Shown here piece by piece: positions 9,810 to 19,183 of a DNA stretch of 62,529 nt. The notes beneath the pieces were generated by a model. The model saw only the letters and a list, made by a program, of their open reading frames with translations, was not told the origin of the DNA and searched no databases. A program made the position numbers and the translations under genes. This DNA comes from Candidatus Nomurabacteria bacterium (GTDB taxonomy: Bacteria; Patescibacteriota; Minisyncoccia; Phycocordibacterales; Phycocordibacteraceae): contig CALRBA010000002.1 in assembly GCA_943353835.1 (NCBI GenBank), forward strand, positions 1 to 62,529. The letters run 5' to 3'. The first letter of the stretch is position 1; every line of letters starts with the position of its first letter.

Positions 9810-11143
9810 ACTCTGTTGTCACACGATTCGCTCCATCACCTACCGGACTTCTACATGCCGGCAATTATCGAACGGCAGTATTCGCGTATCTCTTTGCAAA
9901 ACATTCCGAAGGCAAGTTTATTGTACGCATAGAGGATACTGACGCGGCTCGGTCCAAACCGGAATATGAAGCGAACATAATTGATGCACTTACTTGGCTT
10001 CGTTTGCCTGCTGACGAACAATATCGCCAGAGTGAACACAGGCCTAGACACAGAGAATTGCTTGAAAAGCTTATCACTGACGGTATGGCATATATTTCAA
10101 AAGAAATTCCGAAGAATCCTGGTGACAGAGAGAAGGTAATCCGTTTCAAGAACCCGGGAGGTGCAATAACGTTCACCGATGTCATCCGCGGAGATATCAC
10201 AACTGATATCGGCGATCTTGGAGATTTCATCATCGCTCGGTCTCTTGATGAGCCTGTCTTTCATTTTGCGGTTGCAGTAGATGATTCTGACGAGGGTGTG
10301 ACGCACGTTATCCGAGGCGCGGACCACATATCCAACACCGCTCGACAAATGCTTATTCAGCGTGCTCTCGGTTTTCCGACTCCACTGTACGCCCATCTGC
10401 CTCTCATCATGGACAGTAATCATAAAAAGCTCGGTAAGCGTAGTGGCGCGAAGGCGATAACGGAATACCGCGATGAGGGAATTCTGCCGGAGGCGATGCT
10501 TAATTATCTAGCATTTCTCGGCTGGAATCCCGGCGATGTTCGTGAATATTTGTCACGCGAAGAACTTGTTCAGGCATTTGATATATCGCGCGTACAGAAG
10601 GGGAGCGCAATCTTTGACGAGGTTAAACTTTTTTCGGTAAATCAACATTGGATGCGAAAACTTTCTGATGACGATTTTATTACAATGTCCGACCTTGGGA
10701 AACTTGCGTTAAGGTCGGACATTGTTTTGAAAGTTGTTCCTCTACTGAAGGAGCGTGCGAAGACTTTTAAAGAGGCGCGTGAGATGCTTACCGGCGAATT
10801 GTCATGCTTCTTCAATAAGCCGGAACTTGATAAAAACCTGCTTCTCGCGAAGGAACCGCCAGAACGTCCAGGCATAGCAATATCGGCCTTAAAAGGCCTT
10901 TTAGAGCCCATAAAAGCTCTCCCAAAGGGTGTATCGGCCGAAGTAGTCAAGACCATAATTATGCCGTTTTCTGATGCCGAAGAGGCGAAAGGGAAGGGTG
11001 GCAGGGGCGCTGTGTTATGGCCGTTACGATATGCGCTCTCCGGAGTTGAACGCTCTCCGGACCCGTTCACAATCATTTCAATTCTAGGTACTGATGAATC
11101 AATTTCGCGCATAAGTAAGGCTATTGCTATACTTGAAGGATGA
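9806..11143 (+). CDS. gltX: Glutamyl-tRNA synthetase
   Basis: RFAPSPTGLLHAGNYRTA (HIGH-type) and KLGKRSG (KMSKS variant). 445 aa. Confidence 0.9.
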   Translation: MNSVVTRFAPSPTGLLHAGNYRTAVFAYLFAKHSEGKFIVRIEDTDAARSKPEYEANIIDALTWLRLPADEQYRQSEHRPRHRELLEKLITDGMAYISKEIPKNPGDREKVIRFKNPGGAITFTDVIRGDITTDIGDLGDFIIARSLDEPVFHFAVAVDDSDEGVTHVIRGADHISNTARQMLIQRALGFPTPLYAHLPLIMDSNHKKLGKRSGAKAITEYRDEGILPEAMLNYLAFLGWNPGDVREYLSREELVQAFDISRVQKGSAIFDEVKLFSVNQHWMRKLSDDDFITMSDLGKLALRSDIVLKVVPLLKERAKTFKEAREMLTGELSCFFNKPELDKNLLLAKEPPERPGIAISALKGLLEPIKALPKGVSAEVVKTIIMPFSDAEEAKGKGGRGAVLWPLRYALSGVERSPDPFTIISILGTDESISRISKAIAILEG

Positions 11144-12480
11144 TTCGTTACTTGTTTTTTATTTTTCTTTTCTTATTGTCCGCCGGTTTCTTTTTTGGAA
11201 TTACCGGGTTCGTTTTAGCGGATACCGTCTCTGATATTCAAAGACAGATTAGTGTGAACAACAAACAGGTTGAAGCGCTTCAGGCAGAAATCGTATCGTT
11301 CCAAAAGGAACTTGATGTTCTCGGGGCTAAGAAGAATACACTCCAATCTACAATCAGTTCTCTAACTCTCTCGCAGAAAAAACTCTCAAGCGAGATTAAA
11401 GTCACGCAGAGTAAAATCGCATCGGCTAATCTTAAAATAAAAGAACTTACACTTTCAATCGGCGATAAAGAAACAGCTATAGCTAAAAATCAGAACTCCA
11501 TCGCTAAAGCGCTTAGAATTATTGCCGAGAACGAACAGGTACCGCTTGTTGCCAGACTCATTTCTTCTAATTCTCTGCGGGAAGCATGGCAGACAGCCGA
11601 CTATGCCGTTCAATTCAATCGGGCGCTCGCGAATGATATAAATGACCTGCGAGTTGTGCGCACCAGACTCGCGACTAACCGCGATGAGGTTTCAACAACA
11701 AAGGCAAGTCTTGTCGCCCTACAAAAGGATCTGTCTCTGCAGAAACGCTCTGTAGATGCGAGCAAGACCGCCCAACAACAGCTTCTGTCTCAAACTAAGA
11801 ATCAGGAGGTCAACTATCAGCAATTAATAGCACAGAAGAAGGCTGCGGAAAAAACATTTGAGATGGAACTCATAAATCTTCAGAGACAACTTAATCTCAT
11901 TGTTAATCCGGGCTTACTACCGAAGGTAGGTTCTGGAGTCCTCTCGTGGCCGTTCTCTACCGCTTTTATGAATAATTGCATGCAGAGAAAAAATTTGTTC
12001 GGAAATCTTTTCTGCATCACACAATATTTCGGCAACACATCTTTTTCTACGGCAAATCCGCAAATTTATAACGGTAGTGGGCATAACGCTATTGATATAG
12101 CTGCGCCAATCGGTACGGCCGTTAAGTCTGCGCTTGCAGGAGTAGTTCTGGCGACAGGAAACACTGATCTAGTCAGGGGGTGCTATTCATTCGGCAAGTG
12201 GATAATGGTGGTGCATAGCAACGGTATCAGCACAATCTATTCACATCTCTCCGAAATTGACGTTGATAAAGGGCAGTCGGTAAATACAGGACAAACTCTT
12301 GGACTGTCAGGAATGACAGGATACGCCACCGGACCGCATATACATTTCGGGGTATATGCGACGGACGGCACGCAGATTATGACACTTAAACAATTTAGAG
12401 GAGCAAATGTCGGATGCTCCAACGCCACAATGCCGGTGGCAACTCTCACGGCTTATCTAAACCCGCTTTCTTATTTATAA
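11140..12480 (+). CDS. M23 metallopeptidase with N-terminal coiled coil (EnvC-like murein hydrolase/activator)
   Basis: Signal/TM segment, a long Q/K/L-rich coiled coil, and a C-terminal M23 domain with motifs HNAIDI and GPHIHFGV. Confidence 0.85.
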   Translation: MIRYLFFIFLFLLSAGFFFGITGFVLADTVSDIQRQISVNNKQVEALQAEIVSFQKELDVLGAKKNTLQSTISSLTLSQKKLSSEIKVTQSKIASANLKIKELTLSIGDKETAIAKNQNSIAKALRIIAENEQVPLVARLISSNSLREAWQTADYAVQFNRALANDINDLRVVRTRLATNRDEVSTTKASLVALQKDLSLQKRSVDASKTAQQQLLSQTKNQEVNYQQLIAQKKAAEKTFEMELINLQRQLNLIVNPGLLPKVGSGVLSWPFSTAFMNNCMQRKNLFGNLFCITQYFGNTSFSTANPQIYNGSGHNAIDIAAPIGTAVKSALAGVVLATGNTDLVRGCYSFGKWIMVVHSNGISTIYSHLSEIDVDKGQSVNTGQTLGLSGMTGYATGPHIHFGVYATDGTQIMTLKQFRGANVGCSNATMPVATLTAYLNPLSYL

Positions 12481-12529
12481 AATAGAAATCTCGGCTGGAC
12501 GGGATGCGAAATAGTAAAAGGGGAGAGAA

Positions 12530-12712
12530 GTGTGGTATAATATATGTATGCTCCATCTGATATTTTCCGTCTTTGTTCTCCTTTTGGCTTTATCATTCTT
12601 CGGTATATCAATTCAGGCCATCATCAACTCGCCAATAGGCCAAGAGAATCTTAATTACCTGTTATATCTCGTATCCCAAGCATGGCAATGGATAATCGCA
12701 TACGTGAAATAA
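12530..12712 (+). CDS. Small hypothetical membrane protein
   Basis: 60-aa ORF with one hydrophobic helix. The sequence TGGTATAAT lies at the 5' end, so the true start may be ATG 12548. Confidence 0.35.
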   Translation: MWYNICMLHLIFSVFVLLLALSFFGISIQAIINSPIGQENLNYLLYLVSQAWQWIIAYVK

Positions 12713-12798
12713 TAGCGTCTAATCGTTCTGAATTGTTATCCACATTTACTTCGTTTTACATATATTGTGCGAATGATGTTCTTTAGTATAATTAGCTC

Positions 12799-13761
12799 AT
12801 GAGAAGCCATGACCCACTACCCAAACACATACTCCCCTTCCTAGAATACTGCGAGATTGAAAAAGGATTGTCTAATAATACCCAGCGCAATTACGAACAG
12901 TATCTTAAATTATTTACTGGCTGGCTTAAAAAATCCGAACAGTTATCTCTTCTGCCGCATGAGTTGGCAGCAAAGCACATATGGGATTATCGTCTATACC
13001 TCGCACGAATCTATAAAACCCCCTCCGGAGAGTATCTCTGCAAGAAATCGCAGAACTATTATCTCATCGCTCTACGCTCGTTCTTGAATTATCTTACCGA
13101 CCGAGACATTGAGACTCTACCTTCTTCTAAAATAAAACTGGCAAAACAAAAAGAAGACCACACTGTTTCGTTCTTAGAAGTAAGCGACATAGAGAAGGTG
13201 CTCGTCGTCCCTGACATATCAACACCGGCAGGACTGCGCGATCGTACCATAATGGAACTATTTTTTTCGTCCGGTATGCGTATATCAGAGCTCGTATCTC
13301 TAAATGCCGACCAATTCACCTTTCTAAGTGATAAGAGCCGCACGAGAACATTTGAACTCTCAATTCTTGGCAAAGGTAAGTATGTCCGAACTATCTTTAT
13401 CTCTCCCAGAGCCGCTGAATGGATACGAACATATCTCGCCTCTCGGCGTGATGTTTTTGAACCCTTGTTCATCAATCTTCGCTCAAAAGACGAAGATGCT
13501 AAACGGCTTACTCCGCGCTCCATCCAAATAATGATATCCCGCTCGGCAATGCTTGCCGGAATTTCCAAGAAAGTGACCCCTCATACACTGCGTCACTCCT
13601 ACGCTACAGACCTTCTTTCTCATGGCGCGGATTTGCGCAGTGTTCAGGAATTACTAGGACATAAGAATGTCGCAACCACACAAATTTATACTCATGTTAC
13701 GAATAAACGACTTCGTGATATACACGAGAAATTCCATGGTGGAACCAATCTTAAGAAATAA
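12799..13761 (+). CDS. Tyrosine recombinase, XerC/XerD-like
   Basis: HTLRHSYAT and LLGHKNVATTQIYTHV catalytic-domain motifs, with an N-terminal SAM-like core-binding domain. Confidence 0.85.
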   Translation: MRSHDPLPKHILPFLEYCEIEKGLSNNTQRNYEQYLKLFTGWLKKSEQLSLLPHELAAKHIWDYRLYLARIYKTPSGEYLCKKSQNYYLIALRSFLNYLTDRDIETLPSSKIKLAKQKEDHTVSFLEVSDIEKVLVVPDISTPAGLRDRTIMELFFSSGMRISELVSLNADQFTFLSDKSRTRTFELSILGKGKYVRTIFISPRAAEWIRTYLASRRDVFEPLFINLRSKDEDAKRLTPRSIQIMISRSAMLAGISKKVTPHTLRHSYATDLLSHGADLRSVQELLGHKNVATTQIYTHVTNKRLRDIHEKFHGGTNLKK

Positions 13762-13800
13762 GTATGGATAATACCTATTTGTAAAAGTGAAACTCTTGTG

Positions 13801-14544
13801 TTAACAAGTTACATTCGCGATTATGTAATCATATGCCTCGTCAACCGAGTCAACAAGCGTATATAGCCTCATATCGCTCTCATCAATGGCGGCATTCTGC
13901 TCATAGAGAGTTTTTTCAATAAAAGAAAGAAGAGGCTCCCAATATGACTTGTCAAATAGGACAATCGTAACGTTACTAATCTTTTTAGACTGTACTAGTG
14001 TAACTATTTCAAAAAATTCATCCAAAGTACCGAAACCTCCAGGAAAATATACGTATACTTTTGACGCATACGTGAGCATTACTTTCCGCACGAAGAAATG
14101 GTCAAATCCGAACTTCTCTGTAAGATAATGATTGTAAGTCTGTGTCGCCGGCAGATTGATATTAAGTCCGACTGAAGCGCCACCGGCCTCAAACGCTCCT
14201 TTGTTCGCCGCCTGCATAACACCCGAACTGCCTCCTGTAATAATAGCAAATCCTTTTTTCGCGAGACGTCCGGCGAGCTCGGTCGCATGTTTATAAACAT
14301 CGTCCTCAAGAGTGGCGCGCGAACTGCCGAAGAATGTTACCGCGAGTCCGTAACGGCGGATAATATCAAATCCCTCTATGAATTCCACCATTATCTTAAA
14401 TATGCGCCACGACTCTATCTTTTTCGGTTTACAGACCATAAGAGGACGATCTTCAGGCATTGTTCTGTGCCCTTCGTGAATAATACGCGCCAACTTTTCA
14501 GCAGTATCATGAATTGAATTATCACGCATCAAATCGTCATTCAT
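13801..14544 (-). CDS. LOG-family (TIGR00730) nucleotide phosphoribohydrolase
   Basis: GGSSGVMQAANKGA and PGGFGTLDEFFE motifs. Confidence 0.85.
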   Translation of the reverse strand: MNDDLMRDNSIHDTAEKLARIIHEGHRTMPEDRPLMVCKPKKIESWRIFKIMVEFIEGFDIIRRYGLAVTFFGSSRATLEDDVYKHATELAGRLAKKGFAIITGGSSGVMQAANKGAFEAGGASVGLNINLPATQTYNHYLTEKFGFDHFFVRKVMLTYASKVYVYFPGGFGTLDEFFEIVTLVQSKKISNVTIVLFDKSYWEPLLSFIEKTLYEQNAAIDESDMRLYTLVDSVDEAYDYIIANVTC

Positions 14545-14590
14545 ATTTTTAAATCATAGCAGACGATGCCTCATCGTGCCCGTATGGGCG

Positions 14591-14926
14591 CTAAATGCCT
14601 TCACAATTCGCCGCTGGCGTATAACCTGCCGCGCGGGCTGAGTCGGTTGAGGCGAACCACACCTTATTCGCGTCGCTGATGCGACCAGCGGCTGCACATG
14701 TCGGTAAATAATATTTTGTTCCGGACTTTGATGCGACGAACTTCCCTGTTTCTATGGACTGGCTCAACGCGCAGGCAACATCAGGCACGTGGACATCAAG
14801 TCCTGCGAGATAACCTAGTCCGAAGCTTACCGATGACGCTACTATCAGAATAGCAAGGATTAAAGCGTCTCTTGGCACTTTAGCTGTCAGACTTTTGCAT
14901 TTATCACGCAGGTCTGCTATAGTCAT
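14591..14926 (-). CDS. Membrane-anchored sunset-domain-like protein
   Basis: N-terminal TM helix. The C-terminal KYYLPTCAAAGRISDANKVWFASTDSARAAGYTPAANC matches the KYH-P-C...GY-P-C pattern of sunset/Ada-like metal-binding domains. Confidence 0.55.
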   Translation of the reverse strand: MTIADLRDKCKSLTAKVPRDALILAILIVASSVSFGLGYLAGLDVHVPDVACALSQSIETGKFVASKSGTKYYLPTCAAAGRISDANKVWFASTDSARAAGYTPAANCEGI

Positions 14927-14945
14927 ACGGTAAAACTATACCATT

Positions 14946-15218
14946 ATGGCATCAACAAAGGCAGGCGGGTCAGCAAAAAACCTTAATACTTCAAATCCAA
15001 AATACCTCGGAGTGAAGCTCTCCGACGGAGCTTCCGCACGACCTGGAATGGTTATTGTTCGCCAGCGCGGAACCAAGATTGAGGCTGGTAAAAACGTCGC
15101 CGTTGGCCGAGACCATACTCTTTTTTCTCTTGCAGCAGGCACAGTAGCCTACCGAACACGCCGTAAAACAAACTTCACCGGTCGTATCATCACCAAAACA
15201 GTCGCTGAGGTCCTTTAA
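14946..15218 (+). CDS. rpmA: 50S ribosomal protein L27
   Basis: MASTKAGGSAKNLNTSNPKYLGVK... and RQRGTKIEAGKNVAVGRDHTLF are typical of L27. Confidence 0.95.
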   Translation: MASTKAGGSAKNLNTSNPKYLGVKLSDGASARPGMVIVRQRGTKIEAGKNVAVGRDHTLFSLAAGTVAYRTRRKTNFTGRIITKTVAEVL

Positions 15219-15697
15219 ACATTCAGTTTGTCGTTCCAATAGTAAGCTAGTATTTCTCGTTTTGCTTTTCCGTTTGAAAAAGTTCCAAACGTCGGATGAT
15301 GTTTGGCAACAACGCGTGTAGACGAGTCGTTGCTAATGGCAGTTTCGTTATCTATAAAAAATCCAAGGTGACGATGTTTTCCTTGCGTTCCATCATCTTT
15401 CTTTTTATAACCCCAGAGTATAATCGCTCCATTTTTGGGTTTCTCAATTTCATACCACCCAGACTGTAGGATGTCCTCAATCGTTGCAACAACTGTAGTA
15501 TGTCGTTCTTTAATCAAACCGAAAATGTATAAAATAGTTGTTACATATATCGCGCAGGACAAGTCACCGTCATCAAGAACGTCAATTACTTCACCTTCAA
15601 TACGAAAATAAAGATTTCTAAATAGATTTGAACCAATACTATTCTCAATTGCTTTAGTATAAGAAATAAAAATTTCAAGCCTTGGCTTTTCTACCAT
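15215..15697 (-). CDS. Hypothetical protein, possible papain-fold (NlpC/P60- or CHAP-like) hydrolase
   Basis: Candidate Cys (DLSCAIYV) and His (KHRHLGFF) spaced as in papain-like amidases. Start moved to the internal ATG (M26) to avoid overlapping rplI. Confidence 0.4.
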   Translation of the reverse strand: MVEKPRLEIFISYTKAIENSIGSNLFRNLYFRIEGEVIDVLDDGDLSCAIYVTTILYIFGLIKERHTTVVATIEDILQSGWYEIEKPKNGAIILWGYKKKDDGTQGKHRHLGFFIDNETAISNDSSTRVVAKHHPTFGTFSNGKAKREILAYYWNDKLNV

Positions 15698-15704
15698 ATC
15701 CAAA

Positions 15705-16151
15705 TTATTTTTCTGCCTCAATCGTAATAGAGAATTTGCCGAATGTATCAGCGGTAGCAACTGGTATATCAAAAGTACCGAGTTCTTTAATAGGCTTATC
15801 TAGTTTAATCGCGTCCTCAGGTATATCAATATGTGCCTGTTCCTTAGCGGCTTTCGCAATATCAGACTCCCCTACTGCGTCGTAGAGATGACCTTTTTCA
15901 TTCGCTTTTACTTTAATAACAATGTGCGCTTCTGCAAGGGCGGAAATATTTTGTGTCAAGAGCGCTGAATTAATCTCCGTTCGGTCTGCTGCCTGTTTAC
16001 GGCGCAGTTCGGCCTCTTTTATAGCTGTTAATGTCGCAGGAATGGCAAGATTCTTTGGAATAAGGTAGTTCAGTGCATGACCGTCCTTAACCTCCACAGC
16101 CTCATGAGCGCGTCCTATTCCCTTAACATCTTTAATTAAAATGACTTTCAT
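15705..16151 (-). CDS. rplI: 50S ribosomal protein L9
   Basis: The N-terminus MKVILIKDVKGIGRAHEAVEVKDGHALNYLIP is canonical L9. Confidence 0.95.
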   Translation of the reverse strand: MKVILIKDVKGIGRAHEAVEVKDGHALNYLIPKNLAIPATLTAIKEAELRRKQAADRTEINSALLTQNISALAEAHIVIKVKANEKGHLYDAVGESDIAKAAKEQAHIDIPEDAIKLDKPIKELGTFDIPVATADTFGKFSITIEAEK

Positions 16152-16201
16152 CTTTTCATCTTACCGTATCTGATTTACATAGTCCATAGTCAAAATGTTT
16201 G

Positions 16202-16235
16202 TTCCTTATGCTGGCCTATAGGCTCCGATATGGAA
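16202..16235. repeat. 34-bp dyad-symmetric element, copy 1 (TTCCTTATGCTGGCCTATAGGCTCCGATATGGAA)
   Basis: 8-nt arms TTCCTTAT/ATATGGAA around the palindromic core GCCTATAGGC. Lies 3 nt downstream of the PaaX-like stop codon. Confidence 0.8.
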
Positions 16236-16238
16236 TAT

Positions 16239-16832
16239 TCAACTAAGAGGAACTGGACCGAGATGGAAGTGTTCACGCAGGCTCTTATCTGATTCAAGAG
16301 CTTCCGCGACAAAAGAACGTACTTCACCAACTCCGCTCTTGAGATGAGCACGAACAAGCGAAACGAATTCATCGCATGGATACGGATACACCCATACGCT
16401 GTCTTGAATTCTCACGAACCCAGCGCCATCTAATAACCGACGAAGTTGGTTGCGTATACGCCTTCGTCGCTCACTAATATCAAAAATAAATACACGCCAC
16501 TTCCCGTCCCAAAACGCTTGCTCTTGGATGGTGTATTCTCCAAATTCAATTTCTACCATCGTTTTTCGTCCCTTTTCGGTAATCAGAATTCGCCGCGCAC
16601 CGCGCTCTCCAGAAACCGTCACGAAACCACCCTCTTCAAGCCTGATCACTCCTTGTCGAATGCGCTGATAGAGTTGGGCGCGATTCTTGGCAGGGCGATC
16701 CAGATGCTTCAAAAGCCGAATCATTTTGGGTGCCACAAGAGCGACACTGATAACCCCTGCAATGGCAAACGAACGTAGTAGTAAATTCGTAATCGGAACT
16801 CTCTTTTGCTTCTGCATTTTTCTTATTTTCAT
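16239..16832 (-). CDS. PaaX-like winged-helix regulator with Cas2/VapD-like ferredoxin-fold domain
   Basis: wHTH-like segment (LYQRIRQGVIRLEEGGFVTVSGERGARRILITEKG) followed by WDGKWRVFIFDISERRRRIRNQLRRLLDGAGFVRIQDSVWVYPYP, as in the PaaX family. Confidence 0.6.
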   Translation of the reverse strand: MKIRKMQKQKRVPITNLLLRSFAIAGVISVALVAPKMIRLLKHLDRPAKNRAQLYQRIRQGVIRLEEGGFVTVSGERGARRILITEKGRKTMVEIEFGEYTIQEQAFWDGKWRVFIFDISERRRRIRNQLRRLLDGAGFVRIQDSVWVYPYPCDEFVSLVRAHLKSGVGEVRSFVAEALESDKSLREHFHLGPVPLS

Positions 16833-16834
16833 TA

Positions 16835-16868
16835 TTCCTTATTGTAGCCTATAGGCTCTCATATGGAA
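16835..16868. repeat. 34-bp dyad-symmetric element, copy 2 (TTCCTTATTGTAGCCTATAGGCTCTCATATGGAA)
   Basis: Same architecture as copy 1. It ends 2 nt upstream of the PaaX-like ATG. On the mRNA strand its arm supplies AAGGAA just before the ATG. Confidence 0.8.
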
Positions 16869-16949
16869 CATTGGTTATTTAGATGGTGTGTTGAGAACTG
16901 CTGTGTAGTGAAATAGAAAACAAAAAGCCACGCGGGTCCTGTGTCGCAA

Positions 16950-18203
16950 TCATTTACCCGTAGTCAAAAATTTGATGGCACGCGCCATTTGAGGGTCTTT
17001 TTTCGCTATGGCGTCCGCTTGCGTGAATGGAATTATAATATCAGGAGTAACGCCGTTGCCCATAATCCAATTGCCGGCTGGAGTTATCCAGCGAGCGACG
17101 GTGACTTTCAGAGAACCGTCTCCGAGGTCTATCAGAGTTTGCACGGAACCCTTGCCAAATGACTTCGTACCGATAACAGTCGCCACCTTATGGTCCTGTA
17201 GCGCGCCAGCAAATATTTCTGAAGCAGAGGCTGAACCTCCGTCAATGAGCACTACTATTTTAGTTCCGTCAGGCACGTCATTGTAGCCGAGACTTGTGTG
17301 AATCTGATTTTCTTCTTTATTGTCAAAATCTTCAGTTACTACGGTAGTACCCTTAGGCAGGAAGTGGCTTGCGATATCCACAGCTGAATCAAGGTATCCT
17401 CCCGGATTACCTCGCAGGTCTATGACAAGTTTCTTTGAACCCGAGTTTTTAAATCGTACGAACGCCTGATTGAAAAGGTCGGCAGAACTGGCTGTGAACT
17501 GATAGAGCGCGATATGATACACACCGCTTGCTTCATCCAGACCGTCTTCAGTTTCAGGGACTTGAATCGTATCTCTGATAATCTTTATTTCTATAGCTTT
17601 ACCGTCGCGAATAATTGTGAATTCAACAGTCGTGCCGACAGGACCGCGGATCTGGCTAACGGCCTTTTCTACCGAGAGACCGTCGGTGGACTTACCGTCA
17701 ATCGTAATGATTTGGTCGCCAGCCTTAATGCCTGCATCATCAGCCGGAGTGCCCTTTAACGGCGCTACAACAGTTAAAACATCGTTCTTAATGCTAATCT
17801 CCATCCCGACACCGGCGAAGCTACCTGAAATACTTTCTGCAAATACCTTAGCCTCTTTCGGCGGGAAATAAACCGTATATGGGTCACCGTACGAAGAAGC
17901 TAATCCCTCTATTGCTCCGAATATACGTTCTTTTATTGAAGGTGCTGTTGAAGATGCGTTCGTAATAACATAATTCGTTTCAAGTGCATTCCACGCTTTC
18001 CAGAAATCGGTAAGGTCGGCGCTCGGATTCGGAGTCGCATCAAGTCCGTCTCCGATGAGCGGAATGCGCGAGACGATTGATTGTGTTGAACCGCTACCAC
18101 CAACGAAGAGTCCTACTCCAAACGCTATTGCAGCTACAAGCGCGAAGGAAGCACCGCGAACGGCGATTGCATGCCCACGTCTATAGGCTTCTCTGGAATC
18201 CAT
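16950..18203 (-). CDS. ctpA: Carboxy-terminal processing protease (S41) with PDZ domain
   Basis: PDZ segment GIKAGDQIITIDG and S41 motif DLRGNPGGYL, with an N-terminal TM anchor. Confidence 0.85.
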   Translation of the reverse strand: MDSREAYRRGHAIAVRGASFALVAAIAFGVGLFVGGSGSTQSIVSRIPLIGDGLDATPNPSADLTDFWKAWNALETNYVITNASSTAPSIKERIFGAIEGLASSYGDPYTVYFPPKEAKVFAESISGSFAGVGMEISIKNDVLTVVAPLKGTPADDAGIKAGDQIITIDGKSTDGLSVEKAVSQIRGPVGTTVEFTIIRDGKAIEIKIIRDTIQVPETEDGLDEASGVYHIALYQFTASSADLFNQAFVRFKNSGSKKLVIDLRGNPGGYLDSAVDIASHFLPKGTTVVTEDFDNKEENQIHTSLGYNDVPDGTKIVVLIDGGSASASEIFAGALQDHKVATVIGTKSFGKGSVQTLIDLGDGSLKVTVARWITPAGNWIMGNGVTPDIIIPFTQADAIAKKDPQMARAIKFLTTGK

Positions 18204-18258
18204 TTGCGGTAGTTTAACACACCATTTAGTCGGAATGTGTGTATGTTATTCTAAACGC

Positions 18259-19179
18259 ATGATATTCAGGCATGAGTATAAGGGCGGCGTGTGGGTTGAC
18301 CTTGAACAGCCGAGTGAAAATGATATACGTCAGATTGCCGAAGAATTCTCAGTCTGCGAACACATTGAGAAAGAGCTTATCTACCCTACCCCAATGCCAC
18401 TTGTGTCCGTTGACGAGAATATGGCGTTGTTGGTACTCCACTTTCCCACGCACGGCGTAAACGACGGAGAAATAAAGAGCCAGGAAGTTGACATAGTAGT
18501 CGGAAAAAATTTCATCATAACCGTACGCTATGAGGTCGTTGCACCACTGCATCACTTGAAGAAACTTCTTGAAGCACAGAGTCTGGTTGAAGGCCATACA
18601 CAAATTACGACCGATGTTATGCTGGAAGTTCTTTTCGCACATCTCTATACGTCGGTACGCGACCACATCAATCACGTAGCCGATAACCTCTCACGCGTTG
18701 AAAAGGAAATGTTTGACGGTCGTGAGAGGATGACGGTGCGTTCAATTTCAAATATCAGCCGTGAATTCCTACATGCCGAAGCATCTCTCGCCACTCAAGA
18801 AGAATCTTTAAGCGATTTTATGAGAGCTATGTCCCAACTTAAATTTTTTGACGAATCTTTCAAGTTACGAGCTGAGCGTATAAAAACCGTGCGTTCAAAC
18901 GTGGCGAGGGTAGTTAAGACGCATAGAGCAGTCGCCACGGAACTAAGGGAAACAAATATCGCCCTCCTTTCTGCGAAACAGAACGAGATAATAAAAATAC
19001 TGACAGTGGTGAGTTTCATCTTCCTCCCGCTTGCCTTTATTGCCAAAATCTTCGCCATGAAGGTTGAGTACATGCCATTTGTAGACGACCCGAATGGTTT
19101 CTGGATAATCCTCGGCTTCATGTTTTTCATCGCGCTCGCGCTTATGTTCTATGTTTCAAGAAAACGCTGGATCAATTAG
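18259..19179 (+). CDS. CorA-family divalent cation transporter-like protein with non-canonical pore motif
   Basis: CorA-like length and architecture with two C-terminal TM helices. The position of YGMNF-x-MPE is occupied by FAMKVEYMPF. Start set at ATG 18259. Confidence 0.65.
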   Translation: MIFRHEYKGGVWVDLEQPSENDIRQIAEEFSVCEHIEKELIYPTPMPLVSVDENMALLVLHFPTHGVNDGEIKSQEVDIVVGKNFIITVRYEVVAPLHHLKKLLEAQSLVEGHTQITTDVMLEVLFAHLYTSVRDHINHVADNLSRVEKEMFDGRERMTVRSISNISREFLHAEASLATQEESLSDFMRAMSQLKFFDESFKLRAERIKTVRSNVARVVKTHRAVATELRETNIALLSAKQNEIIKILTVVSFIFLPLAFIAKIFAMKVEYMPFVDDPNGFWIILGFMFFIALALMFYVSRKRWIN

Positions 19180-19183
19180 AAAT

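Noticed and set aside
18179-18200. TCTATAGGCTTCTCTGGAATCC resembling the right half of the 34-bp dyad element
   Set aside because: It lies inside the ctpA coding start region and lacks the left arm. A 9-mer match is within chance expectation for this window.
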